DNA of 64,000 bases, from assembly GCA_051362555.1 (NCBI GenBank), contig CM120641.1, positions 10,354,001 to 10,418,000 of the forward strand, read 5' to 3'. Within the stretch, counting starts at the first letter, position 1. Each line of letters begins with the position of its first letter. This stretch comes from Lingula anatina (taxonomy: Eukaryota > Animalia > Brachiopoda). A model generated the notes under the pieces. That model was not told the origin of the DNA, made no database searches, and worked only from the letters and a program-made list of their open reading frames with translations. The position numbers and the translations under genes are program-made. Below, one piece after another: positions 10,801-24,017 of this stretch.

Positions 10801-13099
10801 GCTAGACTAGAAATTGGGCTACATCATCCATTGTTAATCTGAATTCCTTGTCTGTTTATACCAAAGTGTTTTTAAATATGAATCACTTTCTCATACACTG
10901 GTACAGTGTGGTGATGATACCAACTGCATACAAATTTACGGTATCTTAAGTATTCGTTACATGTATGTGTCAAACAATTCCTCACTTGAAATTGGATTTG
11001 TTAAAGTGAATAAGATACTTCAAAATGTTCTTAAATTAAACAAATTATCATTTTTAGAATGTAGGGTTTAAACTGCAGTAAATATTATGATTGGTTATAT
11101 TGCTTGATGAATTTAAACATAGTTCATGTACCAGAGTATAAGGGACCATTCCCAGACCCTATCATACTAACTGTAGATAGATCTACCTCCAAGGGAATTC
11201 TCGCTAAATTGCAATCAACTTAAGCAGCGTAGATGTCTGTCACGCCTAATGAAGCTGCTAGGGGGTAATTAATTATCGTTTAGCAGCTTCAGTAGGCATG
11301 TCAAACATGTAAGCTGCTTAAGCTGATCGCAATTTAGCGAGAAACTCCTTGGAGATGGATCAATCCTGTGAGATCGATCTAGGTATGGAAACCCAGTCTA
11401 AAAGACAAATTTGTATGTTTTTATACCCCAAAACGATATCATGATCCTTTTGTCAGTTGTAGATTTTATATTACAAATAATTTTTTGACAAAATTAATAA
11501 AGTTTTCTCTCTGTGTTTTGTATATTTTCACTCACAGGCAAAGTTCATAAGAGAATCTCAATTTTAACAAGCTTACAATTTTTGTAGAAAGTCTCTGGTC
11601 TTTTTTTTTCTTTTCTTTCTTTTTTTATTTTAAGCATTATGTAGGCAATTTTGACTTGACTTGAATTCGCTTTGATTTGTAAATTACAGTCATTCATCTC
11701 ATATAATGTGCTTATAGGCATATACATTATATTCTTTAGAAATTGAAATAATGGCATAAAGAATGGCTACATGGTATCAGACTCAGTTTGTAGTAGTTAG
11801 TTGTTAAATAAGTAAAAAAAGAATTGTTACAGTACAGTGAGTAGAATAATACTTCTATTTTTGATAGTCACTCACTATTGAAACTAATGTCATTGCACCT
11901 AAGGTTAGGTGACAGATAAGATCTGTTGGCTAACAACCAGGCCAATTATTGTGCACAAACTGGGTGGGTGGCTGGGTGGATGGTACAGGCATACATGACT
12001 AAGTAGCTTATGTCTTGCAAAATTTCCACATTTTAGGTTTTTAGCTTGTTAGCTTGTCTATAGGATTTTTTAACAATAAAAATGCAACTATATTAGAGTG
12101 AAGCCAACATTTAGACTTTCACCACATTTTCATTTAGGGGGATAACAACTGTTCAGTTTGGCAAAAAATGGATTTCCCTGGGGTAAAGGGCAATTTTCCC
12201 ATTCTTACCAATGGTTAATGAATCCATTTGACATCCAAAGTTAGTCCCTTTTTTTTTTTTTTTTTTAAGTCTGGCTTTTTGCAATATTCTCTTATTAAGA
12301 GATTATTACATAGTGTGTCCATCTATGGAGATCACATGATGTAATGGCAAGTACGCGATGTTGGTGGTAAAATAGAATATATTATATTTCTGTGAGTTGT
12401 TTACAATGTATTTATTGTGAAATATGGAAACCATACGAACAGTTGTTATTCCATTCAAGATTATGTATGTTTTATAATTTTGGATTTGCAATGTATGAGG
12501 AAATATTTTTTGCTGTTTAGCAATCTAACACTGATAGCTTGTGAAGCAAGCTGCTGCTTTCTTACGCATATGCCAACGCAATATGCCAACGAGACAGTAA
12601 CTTTGCTAGTCAATAAATCCTGTAGACTATTGGTGATTATCACTTACTTTTGCCAGATGTGGGCAACACTCAGTTAGCTAAAAGCTTCTTTTTTTCTGTG
12701 TGTTTGTGTGTGATTTAGTTGATTCCCTTGGTCTGTGTGTGTCTTTTAGATAGTGTATTTAAGTGCCTTTACACCACTATCAGAAGAAGGAACTCCTATG
12801 ATTGTGTCCATGTTTGACAAGAAACCAAATTACTATGTTTCTTGACTGAAAATGTCATGGGTCAGAATTGAAATGATTAGTTATAATATTGTGCTTTGTT
12901 ATATGTGCAGATTGGTAAGACTGTTATCTTGTACAAGGACTTTTTTCCAGAATTTTTATGTCAAACTTGATTGATTTTTTTAAGCTACACAGAAATGTGA
13001 AAATTGGGAATTTTGTCAATCCTCTTCTTCAGTCCATGCTAAATGTACCTTTACAATACCCATATTTAAAGTTAAAGATTCACACATGCTGCTCCCTCC

Positions 13100-13164
<65 letters not shown>

Positions 13165-16100
13165 ACCTCTAACCTAATTTTACATAACAGTGACTATTAA
13201 TAAATTCCATATTACGTCATATGAATATTTTATTTATTTACATTTATTTATTTATATTTTTAATATATGTGTATTTTTTTTTCAGAATTGATTATTTTAT
13301 TTGAGTTAGTATTAATGATCGTTACAGCTATGCACCATGGTGTCCAGCTTGCCAGGCATTAGAACCAACCTGGGACCAGTTTGCAGGCTGGGGAAAGGAT
13401 CTAGATATCAATGTCGCTAAAGTGGATGTCACACAAAATCCAGGTATTTCATGCACATTTGAAGCTAATGCTTCAAGATTGCTTTTTACCAAAATTTGAA
13501 CTAAAGGGAAAGGTTCTTAAAAATTACAAATGGAGGCAGGAATGAATTGAAATCTGTAACATAGGTTCAAAAGTTTGATTCTGTTTGGCAAAAAAGATAC
13601 AATGTTTTTATATATACATATATTATGTATGTATGTGTGTTTGTAAAGTATCAAAAATAATAGAAGTCAGAGTTTTTCAAACCAGCAATTAGCCTTATTT
13701 ACAATTAAAAAGTTGAGTTTATAATTCATACAAGGACTGGTATTATTGAGAGTCCATATGTTATCTAGTCCCATTGATTGATTGAAAAAAATGATTTTTC
13801 TCAAAGGCAAATTTTTATCTAAGATTTGCCTGGAGATAAGAAAAATGGAATCTGATTTCAGAATTTGAAGGATTTCAGAGTCACTTTGTCTTAAATCAAT
13901 GTCAAAGAGAAATTTGATCAGTGCATTGGTTTACCTTGTTAATGAAATTACCTTTTGTGTGGAGGACTGACCTTTTGTGACAGCAGATCATGCATGACAG
14001 TTTATACTATTAAAGGTAATTTTCCCTCTTAGCTGAGACTGATACTAGATTTTCCACTCTTTTTAACGATTCCAAATCTAAATTTACTTGACATTTTCTT
14101 TTCTTATCTCTTTATAGGACTGAGTGGAAGGTTTCTTGTCACTGCCTTGCCAACAATTTACCAGTAAGTTCAATAAGAACTATCGTTTGTCTAGAGGTAG
14201 AAAGTACTTTTTTGACAGTGGTTCCTGAACCATCTGCTTGGAATACCTTATTTAGATATATTGGCATTTTATGTTACTATCTATGGTATATGCCTTGATA
14301 TATATTTTAATACTTGTTTGCTCTAGATATCTGTCTGTGATGGTTAATATATACTTCTTATATTTCACAATCCAAAAAACTGCCTGTCCCAGTCAGCTTT
14401 TGTTACCTACATATACTAGTAAAATGTAAAAAAGTAGAGATATTTGACAAGCACATATATTTCCTTATCCATAAAGCTTTAGGAGCAGATGGGAAGTTTA
14501 TAGCTTCTTTTAAGATCGTCTTTTAACATTTCTATACTTAATTTCAGTGTTAAAGATGGAGTGTTTCGTGTTTACCTTGGCTCCAGGAATGAGAAGGACT
14601 TAATAGGTTTTGTAGATGACAAACAGTGGAAAGATCTGGATCCAGTACCTTGGTACATGTCCCCGGGAGCGCTACAGTAAGGATTAAAAACAACATAATC
14701 ACACCCAGACCAGGACTAACTTAAAGCAAAAGAAGACTTATTGATGTCACCACATCAGATTGCTTTTTTTTTTTTTTTTTTTTTAAGAGTAAAAAGACTC
14801 TGTGCATATTGTTTTTGTCTGGTAACATCTGTGATCTGTGAGACAATTTTCCAGCCTAAGTTAGTTCAGTTGTTGAGAAGCCTTTGTTGTAAATTTGGTC
14901 AAAATACAGGTGTAACTTTACGAAAATATGTTACAACAAAAATTGTAACAGGTCATGAAATGGCAAAAACTACACCATCAGTAAGGTCATGTTAAAATTG
15001 TAAGTCTTTACTATGTATGTTTTATATGGTATATTAATTGTCTTGTGCACAGTTAAACCAATCACATGTATTGATTGTATTGTTTTTTTTTTCAGCATGT
15101 CTGTCTTGAGCATGTTTTTTAGGCTATCCATGTTAGTTAGGGTGAGTATCGCACAGACAATTCTTTCCTGTTTGGTAAGAATGAGTAAACCAGTGTCTAA
15201 ATGAAGCAATTCAAGGGAACAATAAATATATTTTCACTTTCCAGCATTACATTTTAAAGACGTTATTCGATTATTGTTAATTTCACAAATGAGAGGTCTG
15301 TACACTTCTTCGGAACTGTTAGGCCTGTAGCCAGAGATTTCAAAAAGAAGATTGTTTTGTTTTTTTTTACCTATTTACCCCCTTACTTGGCCTAATTTGA
15401 GAAATGTCATAGAACCTAGGGCAATATTGATTTAGTACAGACCTTTTCTGGACAAAAGGGAAGTTAATTGAACATCTCCCCCCACCCCCCACCCCCCACC
15501 CCACCCCCACCAAAAAAATCACTACAGGCCTGACTGTAGTGTGAACAACCTTGTAGACATGGCTTATGGCATAACCTATGTATAATTTAATTAGGACAAG
15601 TGAAAGTGCATTTGTAATCATTTTAGAACATGGAGATTGGTGCATTCTCTTGTGAATTCTCTAACATTTGACATTTCAGGATTGCCCTTTTACATGGCTT
15701 ACATTTTACATGAACTCAGATTAAAAATAGATAAAAGAAAAAAATGATAATTGAGATTTTTATTTCATTTACTAGAAAAAACAAAAGTCATTTAAATGGT
15801 TTACAGCACTTTCAAGCTTTTAGAAAGATCAGAGAGCATCTGATGATACAGATGTGTTTGAAGTCACCACATGCCCTGTAGAAAAAAAATGCCCCGGGGT
15901 TTTCTGTAGTTATACTACATACCGACCAGATGTGACATTAGAAAACTATTGCTACACCAGTATATTGATCTTTTCATAGAAAATTTCTAAAAACAAAGTT
16001 GAAACTGTCTGATTTCAACACTTTTATCTGAACCCTAGCTCCAAGCTTTCGATGACTAAGGACTGAGATGAGGTAGGCTTCAGAAAAAATGCGTATAAAT

Positions 16101-19100
16101 CAGTTTTAACTTAAAATGTTTCAATAACTGCACACTACTATACAGATTAATTTCCATCAGAAGACTTGAGACTTTCCTCAATATTTCCAGACTATCCATA
16201 ATAATATGACAGAGCTGTACAATGTGCCCACCTGGGGCTCCTACCTCCTGTTTGCAGTAGTCACCATCATGGCAGGATTGATACTGGGACTGGTGAGTGA
16301 GATGTGCTGGACCTGGACCTCTGTTTCTGTTAAAGAAATGCCTCTCAGTCTGTCCATCCAACTGTCCACTTGTCTGTCTGTCTGTCTGTCTGTCCTTCCA
16401 CTTTGACCAATTTAAGATAAATCAGTAGTAGGCCAGAAGTTGAATGTTGTAATTGTTTTATAACAAGACCTCTTCTTACACAATTTGTCAACTATCAATT
16501 AATCTGTAACTTAAGTGGATCAAGTATTTGGTTTAAATGTTCAGACCAATTTCTTTTGGTCAACTCCCACACTCTGCATGAGGTGAAAATCCCTACATAG
16601 CTATAAAAACACTCCTCTACTGCAATTGATAATGACATGTATGCCGTTATGCCAATGACACTGCTGATACTGATACATTATATATGAAGTAATTAGTTGA
16701 TGGAACCCACACACCAAGGGCATAAATGTAGTCTATAATGTACATAGTATATGAAGTATTAGTGTTACATCAATGATTATGTCTGTGGGGAATTATGTGA
16801 TGCATATTATATTGGATAGGTCAGTTGATGTAAAGTAGGCTTTCAGATACAAGTTGTCTACTGGCAAAGGATTGTTGTACTCTGTTGCTACTTTAGCAAC
16901 GTTTTTGTTTTAGCTACATTGCTGAGTGTGAGAGTGGGACCTTTAGTCAAAACATTAATGATATGAAACATGAAATGTTTATCCTTTTTCATTAGATAAA
17001 ATAATCTATTTTGAAATTGATGTGCAAATTTGTTAGTGATGTTATAAATCTAGTAATTAATTGTGTGTGTGTGTGTGTGTGTTCTAGTTAATGTTTAAGC
17101 CAAGATCCTTATGATTTAAATCTGTCCTCCAAGACTTGTGAATATGGAATTATATTACGTGGACCAAAGCACAATTTGATCTTAGATCAGTTAAGTGTTC
17201 TGAGAACCTTGCAACTACCTTTTCCATTCCAAAACTAATGGTTCAGAACAGATTATATTAAATGTCAAAAATTGTATGCAACAAAAACAGTAGTAAAAAA
17301 AAAAAAAAACTCTTTCTCCCTCATCTATTTCAAGGGCCTGGTATTATGTTGTGACTGTCTTTTCCCACCAAGACCAGCAGTATACTTGAAAAAAAAAGAT
17401 GATGACTATTTACCAGAGGACAGCAGTGGCAGAAACACCAGTGCTAATTCTAGGGTGGGTATATTTTATATTGCAAATTTTTCTTATAGACTAAGCTAAC
17501 CTTTTATCTGCCTTCTCACATTGTGTTGTATGTTAGCATAATATTGGAACTTAAGCATTATGTTTTGAAAGGTTCTTCCTTGAAATTACAGGGGGCTTAT
17601 CGCACTTTCACAAATTAAATTCACTTCTTACTATTTGGACAGAAGTTAAACCTGAAGCGAGGGCTCTTTAACAAAGTAAATAGTAAAAATATGACAGGCA
17701 ATGAGGAAAGATTCTCTAGTTTTTGTTTATCAATTGGCAATGCCATGCGTGAGAATTCTGTTTGGGTGATTTTCTTGCATAACAGCCAGACTGTGAAACT
17801 GTCAGTTTCTCATAACAGAACATTGAGTGGAATGCTAAGATATATAACGCTCAATAATGTAAAAATGTTGAACAGTTTCATTAGCTATTGTTTTAAATAG
17901 ACCAGTTAAGATTCATTTGTCAATAGCTATAGCAAAAAATTAAAGGAGGGGCAAGGAGATGAGGGGGCACCTGACTGAACCAGCACACGTGAGGGGTGAT
18001 AGGTGGTAATACCTATCACAGCCCCCATTTCCCTGGTGAAGTCTGACTGTCAGCAGACAAAATATTGGCTGGTAAATATCAGTCAGTTTTTTTTTTTTTT
18101 TTGTAACTATTGACAAAAAACTTAATGGCCGATTCCGATTGTGTGTTTAAAGGCATTAATGATTTTTAACCTATATTAAGCTATCTCGTCTTAAAGGGAC
18201 AGGTGTTAAGGATTGATAAGGCAGCTTCATAGATTTGATGTCACTCTAGGTCACTTTCTCTCATTTTACCCAGCTTTACCCCATCTTTTTTCAGTTCAAT
18301 ACTGCAACCTTGTTAATTTATCTGCCTTGTAATTATCTGCCTTGAGACTATTTACTTTATTCTGTACCAAATTATTGATTTGATAGATGATGAGTTCAGA
18401 ACAAATATAAAAATACATTACTTATGAAATGTCAACCTTGTAACACATTGCACATCACTAATTGACTGCAATGACTTGCAAAATACAGTCCTGTGTGCTT
18501 GAGAGCATGCAGGATCATTAAATATGTAAGTTAACATTTCAACATCCCCTGCTATCATATCTCTGAGGCAGGTTGAACAAAATGCATGTTGACTTTTTTC
18601 AACAAAGTAATTAATCTACTTGGAGTATGAGGGACAAGTATTTTGTTTCTTAATAAAATATGGTTTGTCTTTGCTGAAAATAACTCATACATGCTTTGTA
18701 TAAATATTTAAACTTCATTAGTTTGATAAAATTGAATGAAATTGGAGATTAAACACTCAGGACATAAATTGTAATGAATAGCTGCCAAAACCATAAAGAG
18801 CTTTCTGGAAAATGTGTTTAGACACCACTAGAATGCTGAGTGAATGACTAGGTTGAAGTTGACCAAGGATCCAACATAATACGCTATGTCAGATCCTATA
18901 GTTGTCATAGAACATTCAGGGAAATTTAATGTAAACGCTATTGGGAATCAGTTTCCATTACATAGTGTTTCCTTCTGATAATTTCCCCCTTTATCTGTAT
19001 CAAAAAATATCTGAACTTTTTAATGTAAAAAAAAATTAAATATATATAGCAAGTGGTAAAGAAAAAATAGCTGGATAAAGGTTAGTACTAATATTGAATT

Positions 19101-22100
19101 TAGAGCTGTTTTAACTTATACCTGTAAGTCTAAATATGTCAACAGTCAGGACATTTGCCTTTATATGACAATTACACTAAATTTACTTTTTTAAGTGAAC
19201 CTGACACAGGACACCAGCATGGGACATTTTGAATGTTGGGGATGAGATATGTGTTAAGTAATTCCTGATAATATTTTACTCTGTATTTGTAATTCTCAAA
19301 AGCACACCTGCAATAAAATAGCAATAATTCATAAGGGAATGCATTTTCAACTTGATAATAAATGCTTTGTGACATACATTTACGGTAAAGTCTTGAAAAT
19401 TTCGTCGCTTAAAAATTAATTAATATTTTTAATTGTGTAAATCCGACTAATTTTTCAAAATTACCTCTCCCCGACTCCTGGGTATGACGAAATTTTCAAA
19501 AATCCGGCCTTTGTGCTTTTATCCTTAGCGGCTGTTATCTTTGACCCTCCTATATTGTGGGATATTTATTACTACTTCCTAAGTCATTTTCTGGTGGTAA
19601 ATAATAATCTATTTATTTGTGCATCTCTTTTAAGTTATATTTAACTTACTGTACCCGAAAATATGTTGAGAATTATCTTCTCGGTAAGAAACATACCTCC
19701 TGATAGAGGAGAAGGATCAAGATAAGCCTAATTGCAACCTTGCATCATAACCTGGATGCGACATAATAAAAAAATTACGCACTTGGCAACGTTTGTTGCA
19801 TGCAGGGCTTTTCCCAGGATTAAGTGTCAGGCCTTCCAAAATTACCATCTGTAACTTCCTAAAAATTTACAGGGAGTTAAAATAATTGCTCCCGCTGACG
19901 ATCATCTGCAATTTAAGTTCCTTGAACTAATATAAAAACTGCATTTTATTATTGCTTACATCGCGAACGATCTCCCGATGATGATATGAAAATTGCCTTT
20001 TCGTCTCACTCGGATCGCGAACGATCTCCCTCTGACGTTCTTACGCGAACAAAGTCCTGACGATATTACGCAAACGATTCTTCGCCGAAGATATGCCGTG
20101 AGCGGGGAAGGGGGGGGGGGTAGTTTAAAGATAAGATGAAAAATATATATTATTTATAAAATTCAAAGGGGGAGGGGGGTTAAAATAATGATCTCCTGCT
20201 GACGATCTTCCACGAACGAAGTTCCCTTGAACTAATATGAAAAGTGCATTTTATTCTCGCTTACATCGCGAACGATCTCCCAATGATGATATGAAAATTG
20301 CCTTTTCGTCTCGCTCGGATCGCGAACGAACTCCCTCTGACGATCTTACATCGCAAACAAAGTCCTGAGGATATTACGCGAACAATTCTCCGATGAAGAT
20401 ATGCCGTGAGCGGGGGAAGGGGGGGGGTTAAAGATAAAATGAAAAATATATGTTGTTTATAAAATTCAAAGGGGGAGGGGGGTTAAAATAATGATCTCCC
20501 GCTGACGATCGTTGGCAAACTAAGTTCCTTGAACTAATATGAAAACTGCATTTTATTATTGCTTACATCGCGAACAATCTCCCGATGAAGATATGAAAAT
20601 TGCCTTTACGTCTAGCTAGGATCGCGAACGATCTCCCTCTGATATGATCTTACGCGAACAAAGTCCTGATGATCTTACGCAAACGATTCTCCGCCGAAGA
20701 TATGCCGTGAGCGGGGAAGGGGGGGGGAGTTAAAGATAAAATGAAAAATATATATTATTTATAAAATTCAAAGGGGGAGGGGGGTTAAAATAATGATCTC
20801 CTGCTGACAATCTTCCACGAACGAAGTTCCCTTGAACTAATATGAAAAGTGCATTTTATTCTCGCTTACATCGCGAACGATCTCCCGCTGAAGATATGAA
20901 GATTGCCTTTTCTTCTCTCTCGAATCGCAAACGATCTCCCGCTGATAATCTTACGCGAACAAATATGAATATTTTCTTCTCGTCTCGTTTGGATCGCGAA
21001 CGATCTGTTGACGATATCTCTGCTGAAGATATGAAAATTGCCATCTCGTCCCATTCGCATTGCGAACAATCTCCATGTACGAGTCAGGTAGTCATTAAAT
21101 GGTCCTAAACTGAACATGGCCATGAATAGAAGTGACGGGTACATTTCCCTTCGAGATAATATCTTGATTTTTTCATTGTGTATTCCTCATTTAGGACAGC
21201 CGCCGATAACTATAACGGCGTTACAAATGACAGAGCCGCGGCCTGTGACTTCTATTTGCCGCCTTGAGCCAGGTAATAGTAATAAAACAAAAGACAAAAA
21301 GCCGACGTTCCCGCAATTGAGAACGGGAATTCACATCTAAACCATCTATATTGTGAATGACCGCTCGCAGGGGCACACTATTGTTCCTATCTCCCATTGA
21401 AAGTGTTATCGGCAATGATATCCTGATCGTATCATTGTCTTGAATCAACTGACGCATTACCTTTATGTTTGAGCTGGACAACGCGGCCATATTTGGCGAC
21501 GAACTTTTCAAAAATTATCGAGTACCTCATTTTCAAGGTTGACGAAGTTTTCAAAGGGAAAAAAATTACGTCTGCGGAAAATCGTCGGCCGACGAAATTT
21601 TCAAGAACGACGAAATTTTCAAGACTTTACCGTATCTGACTCAATCACTCCATGTTATACATCCTCCATTAATAAAGCAAGAAGTGTTTTGCTGTTGCCA
21701 TGGTGAATTGATTTTTTTAGAATGAGGAACATTTATTACACTTTAATTCAAGGAAGACTTATGACAAGAGGTTGTCAAAGTAAATTATCGACCAAAATTT
21801 AATCAAAATTTAATCAGAAATCTAAATTATACAATATTTTGTATTGAGTTCATACAAACTTGATAGCTTTTCATTTTCAATATTTAAAAGAGAAAAGAAA
21901 TTTTGAGTTTGAATAAGGTATATGAATAGCTTGAGAATGTGATGTGGACACTTGTTCAAAAACACATGGTTTCACCCCTTCACCACACACTCTAACTCAA
22001 GGAAGAATGATGATAGATTTTTTTAGGGTGCATTCCATAAAGAATCTCCATGTGCCTTACAGAATATCTAGAATTATAAAAAGCACTGACAATAATGCAA

Positions 22101-23328
22101 TAAAATGGCACTGACAATAAAAAGAATGCAAAAACTATCATATTCACTATTTTATACTTCTCACTGCATGGCTTCAAAGTTCAGACGTGTGTTTAAAAAA
22201 TAAAAATTGACAAATTTTCATTGCAAAATTATTGTATCATCAACAATACTTCACTTTCCAGTAATGGATAATATTGACATTTTCGCAATACTTTGAATGT
22301 AAACAGTAGACCCTGTTACAAAATTATTTTTCACTCCACACCATTTACAATATTAATTGTGGTTTTAAAAAAATCAGCAGAGTTAATTATAGTAATTTGT
22401 ATCATAGTTTGGACAAAAATCAACTGTAAGTGAAAAGTAAATGTTTTTACATAGTTTTTATGTTTCTTCATCATTGCCATGAGTAGCTTTTGGAATATTT
22501 TGTCTTATCGTTATTTATTTAGACAAATTTTAATTCATGTTTTTATTCATATTTTTATTAAATTAATGTACTACATGTTTATACATACATTCAAAAAGTA
22601 GTTAAATAAATCAGTGTAAAGACTGTATAAAACTGATTATTATCTTTAAAAATGTCCTCTAAAAATATGCTTTAAAAATATTTAACTGACTTCTGATATT
22701 TATATGACCTTTATTTCCATTTCCTAGAATGTAAAGCACACTACATTTGTTATGTATGAATGATTTTGAACTTGTTAAGTCAGAACATTATGCATGATAC
22801 AATATATGGCATATACTGTTGCTGTTAATGGATTGCACAAAAAAAATAATAATGATGCACTTAAAAGTTGCTGATGGGCCTTCCATTACTCGGGTAGTCC
22901 CTGGGAGCATGTCATTTGCGCCAATGCATTATTGACAATCTTTCAGAAAAGTGAGAAATCATATCTCAGACAGCAGTAAACACTGAGTTTGATAGCTGTG
23001 ACATTTAAGAGAGATTTTCTTTGTATTACTGCTTAATACATTTATTTTTACCTTTCAAGGGAATCAAAGCACTTAACAGTGAACGTTATCTTTTATACTC
23101 CAACTTCAGTGATGGACACTAGCTTAATTTATGGACATATTTGCTTGGTCTTGATTATAAATCCAGTTAAAGTTATAGAAGTATGCGTTAATTCTTCCAT
23201 AAAAAAAAACTTTCAAAATGTGTAAACAAATTTTTTTTTAGGATGATGAGTCTGACATTCCAGATGACACGTCAACAGGACAACCAGAAGAAAATTCTGT
23301 GAGACAAAGACATACAGAATCATCCTAG
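7813..23328 (+). CDS. TMX1: Thioredoxin-related transmembrane protein 1, 265 aa; exons 7813-7964, 13328-13443, 14118-14163, 14548-14676, 15096-15141, 16191-16292, 17335-17454, 23242-23328
   Basis: Signal peptide, then EWMVEFYAPWCPACQ (CPAC active site), VAKVDVTQNPGLSGRFLVTALPTIYHVKDGVFRVY, a TM helix (WGSYLLFAVVTIMAGLILGLGLVL), juxtamembrane CCDC, and an acidic tail ending ENSVRQRHTESS* (RQR motif). All eight exons are phase-compatible, 798 nt in total. Confidence 0.95.
8169..9346. mobile_element. PIF/Harbinger-like deletion derivative in TMX1 intron 1
   Basis: Imperfect TIRs gaccattcacattag / ctagtgtgaatggca, flanks TCA/TAA, subterminal ttcacattagaaa repeats and an internal Myb/SANT-like fragment. 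Confidence 0.7.
8970..9094 (-). pseudogene. Truncated Myb/SANT-like (trihelix) DNA-binding ORF of Harbinger type
   Basis: MSSSKRVSWSEDAVKGLLAIWSESEVQRKLAGSAKNKMVCCKI fits the W-x(11)-W...RN.KVY.KI pattern of Myb_DNA-bind_4/MSANTD proteins; similarity is lost after this. Confidence 0.7.
9560..9752. repeat. GC-rich quasi-palindromic MITE-like remnant
   Basis: Repeated ccactgg/ccagtgg motifs and the inverted pair ccggtggctataaac / gtttatagctgccgg. Confidence 0.45.
10310..10575 (+). repeat. Dispersed repeat, second copy at about 25141-25355
   Basis: Colinear blocks tttgaacagatttt, ttttatggctgat, tttatttgagt(c/t)atataagaa(t/a)ctagtagaagtggttta and gatgct(c/t)ggttc(g/a)tatgtacctt. Confidence 0.8.
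11180..11361. mobile_element. Palindromic (foldback) MITE
   Basis: Arms of about 80 bp: ctccaagg..ttctcgctaaattgcaatcaacttaagcagc...gaagctgcta versus tagcagcttc...gctgcttaagctgatcgcaatttagcgagaa..ccttggag. A related fragment lies near 9490-9520. Confidence 0.75.
12121..12455. mobile_element. Second copy of the 2.2-2.6 kb dispersed repeat
   Basis: Colinear with 2245-2640; inverted motif ggataacaactgttc / gaacagttgttattcc. Confidence 0.7.
13103..13163. repeat. (CA)n microsatellite
   Basis: About 30 perfect CA units. Other microsatellites: (CT)n ~7435-7460, (CA)n ~34655-34691, (TG)n 46327-46364, (CA)n(GA)n ~48893-48940, (TG)n ~53019-53048, (AAAC)n ~54556-54585. Confidence 0.97.
15320..15532. 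mobile_element. Short hAT-like MITE in TMX1 intron 5
   Basis: TIR aggcctgtag / ctacaggcct with a subterminal C-rich tract; actgt occurs on both flanks, but no full 8-bp TSD. Confidence 0.55.
19383..21632. mobile_element. Non-autonomous TA-flanked (Tc1/mariner-like) DNA element in TMX1 intron 7, carrying an internal satellite
   Basis: Perfect TIR CGGTAAAGTCTTGAAAATTTCGTCG / CGACGAAATTTTCAAGACTTTACCG flanked by TA on both sides, with subterminal gacgaaattttcaa copies. CpG-rich relative to its flanks; no transposase ORF. Confidence 0.85.
19872..21072. repeat. ~303-bp tandem satellite (about 4 units) with ~60-bp subrepeats
   Basis: Anchor taaaataat at 19878, 20181, 20484 and 20786; recurrent atcgcgaacgatctccc...gatatgaaaattgcc subunit. 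Confidence 0.92.
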
Positions 23329-23759
23329 GAAAAAGAGTCCTTTTTTTTTCATGATATGCACAGCTGCTCTTGGGACAATAGTACACTGTCAGATACATTT
23401 AGTTGAAAAATAAACGTTAAAAAAAATAGGAATTTGTATCTCTGTATGGTGTATTGTTAGTGTGTTAGTTTTTATGCCTGCAATGGTTTAAAGGATTTAC
23501 TGAATGCATAGTGATAATTAAACAAGCATTATTACAGAGAGGGGGATAATTTTTACATGGGTTTGAAACAGGATTGGGATTTTAATTTTTTTTTCCGGAT
23601 GCTTGCCAAATTACAGGTTTCTTGAAGCAATATTCTGTATTAGATATAAGGTAAAAAATTGAAATATATTTTTATGGCAGTAGATAGTTGTGAAGATATG
23701 TTACATACGAATCACTTTTTCCTCACAGAGAGCAATTACAATGAACATATGTTTATAAA

Positions 23760-24017
23760 CTCATAAACAGATTAGTTGTTTAATAACATGCAGATCTTTC
23801 AGCACCAAGCCCATATTAACCTGTAACCCATAAATTAACCAACACCGTAAAAGTATTTACCACTACCAGAGCAATTACTAGCACTAACATTCATCTGCTA
23901 CGGTAGTGGTAAATACTTTTACAGTGTGTAGGTTAATCTGTGGGTTATGTGGTTAGTATGGGTTTTAGTGCTGAAAGATCTGCAGGTAGTGTTAGTAAAA
24001 GCTAATCCATTTATAAG
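23760..24017. mobile_element. Foldback MITE downstream of the TMX1 stop codon
   Basis: Arms gcagatctttcagcac...gtaaaagtatttaccactacc versus ggtagtggtaaatacttttac...gtgctgaaagatctgc, extending outward with mismatches; loop about 25 nt. Confidence 0.8.

Noticed and set aside
17455-17499. Read-through of TMX1 exon 7 to an intronic stop
   Set aside because: The exon at 23242 is in phase and supplies the conserved acidic RQR tail.
20842-21144. Repetitive ORFs on both strands (RERSP..., SRSKRDE...)
   Set aside because: They are translations of the ~60-bp satellite subunits.
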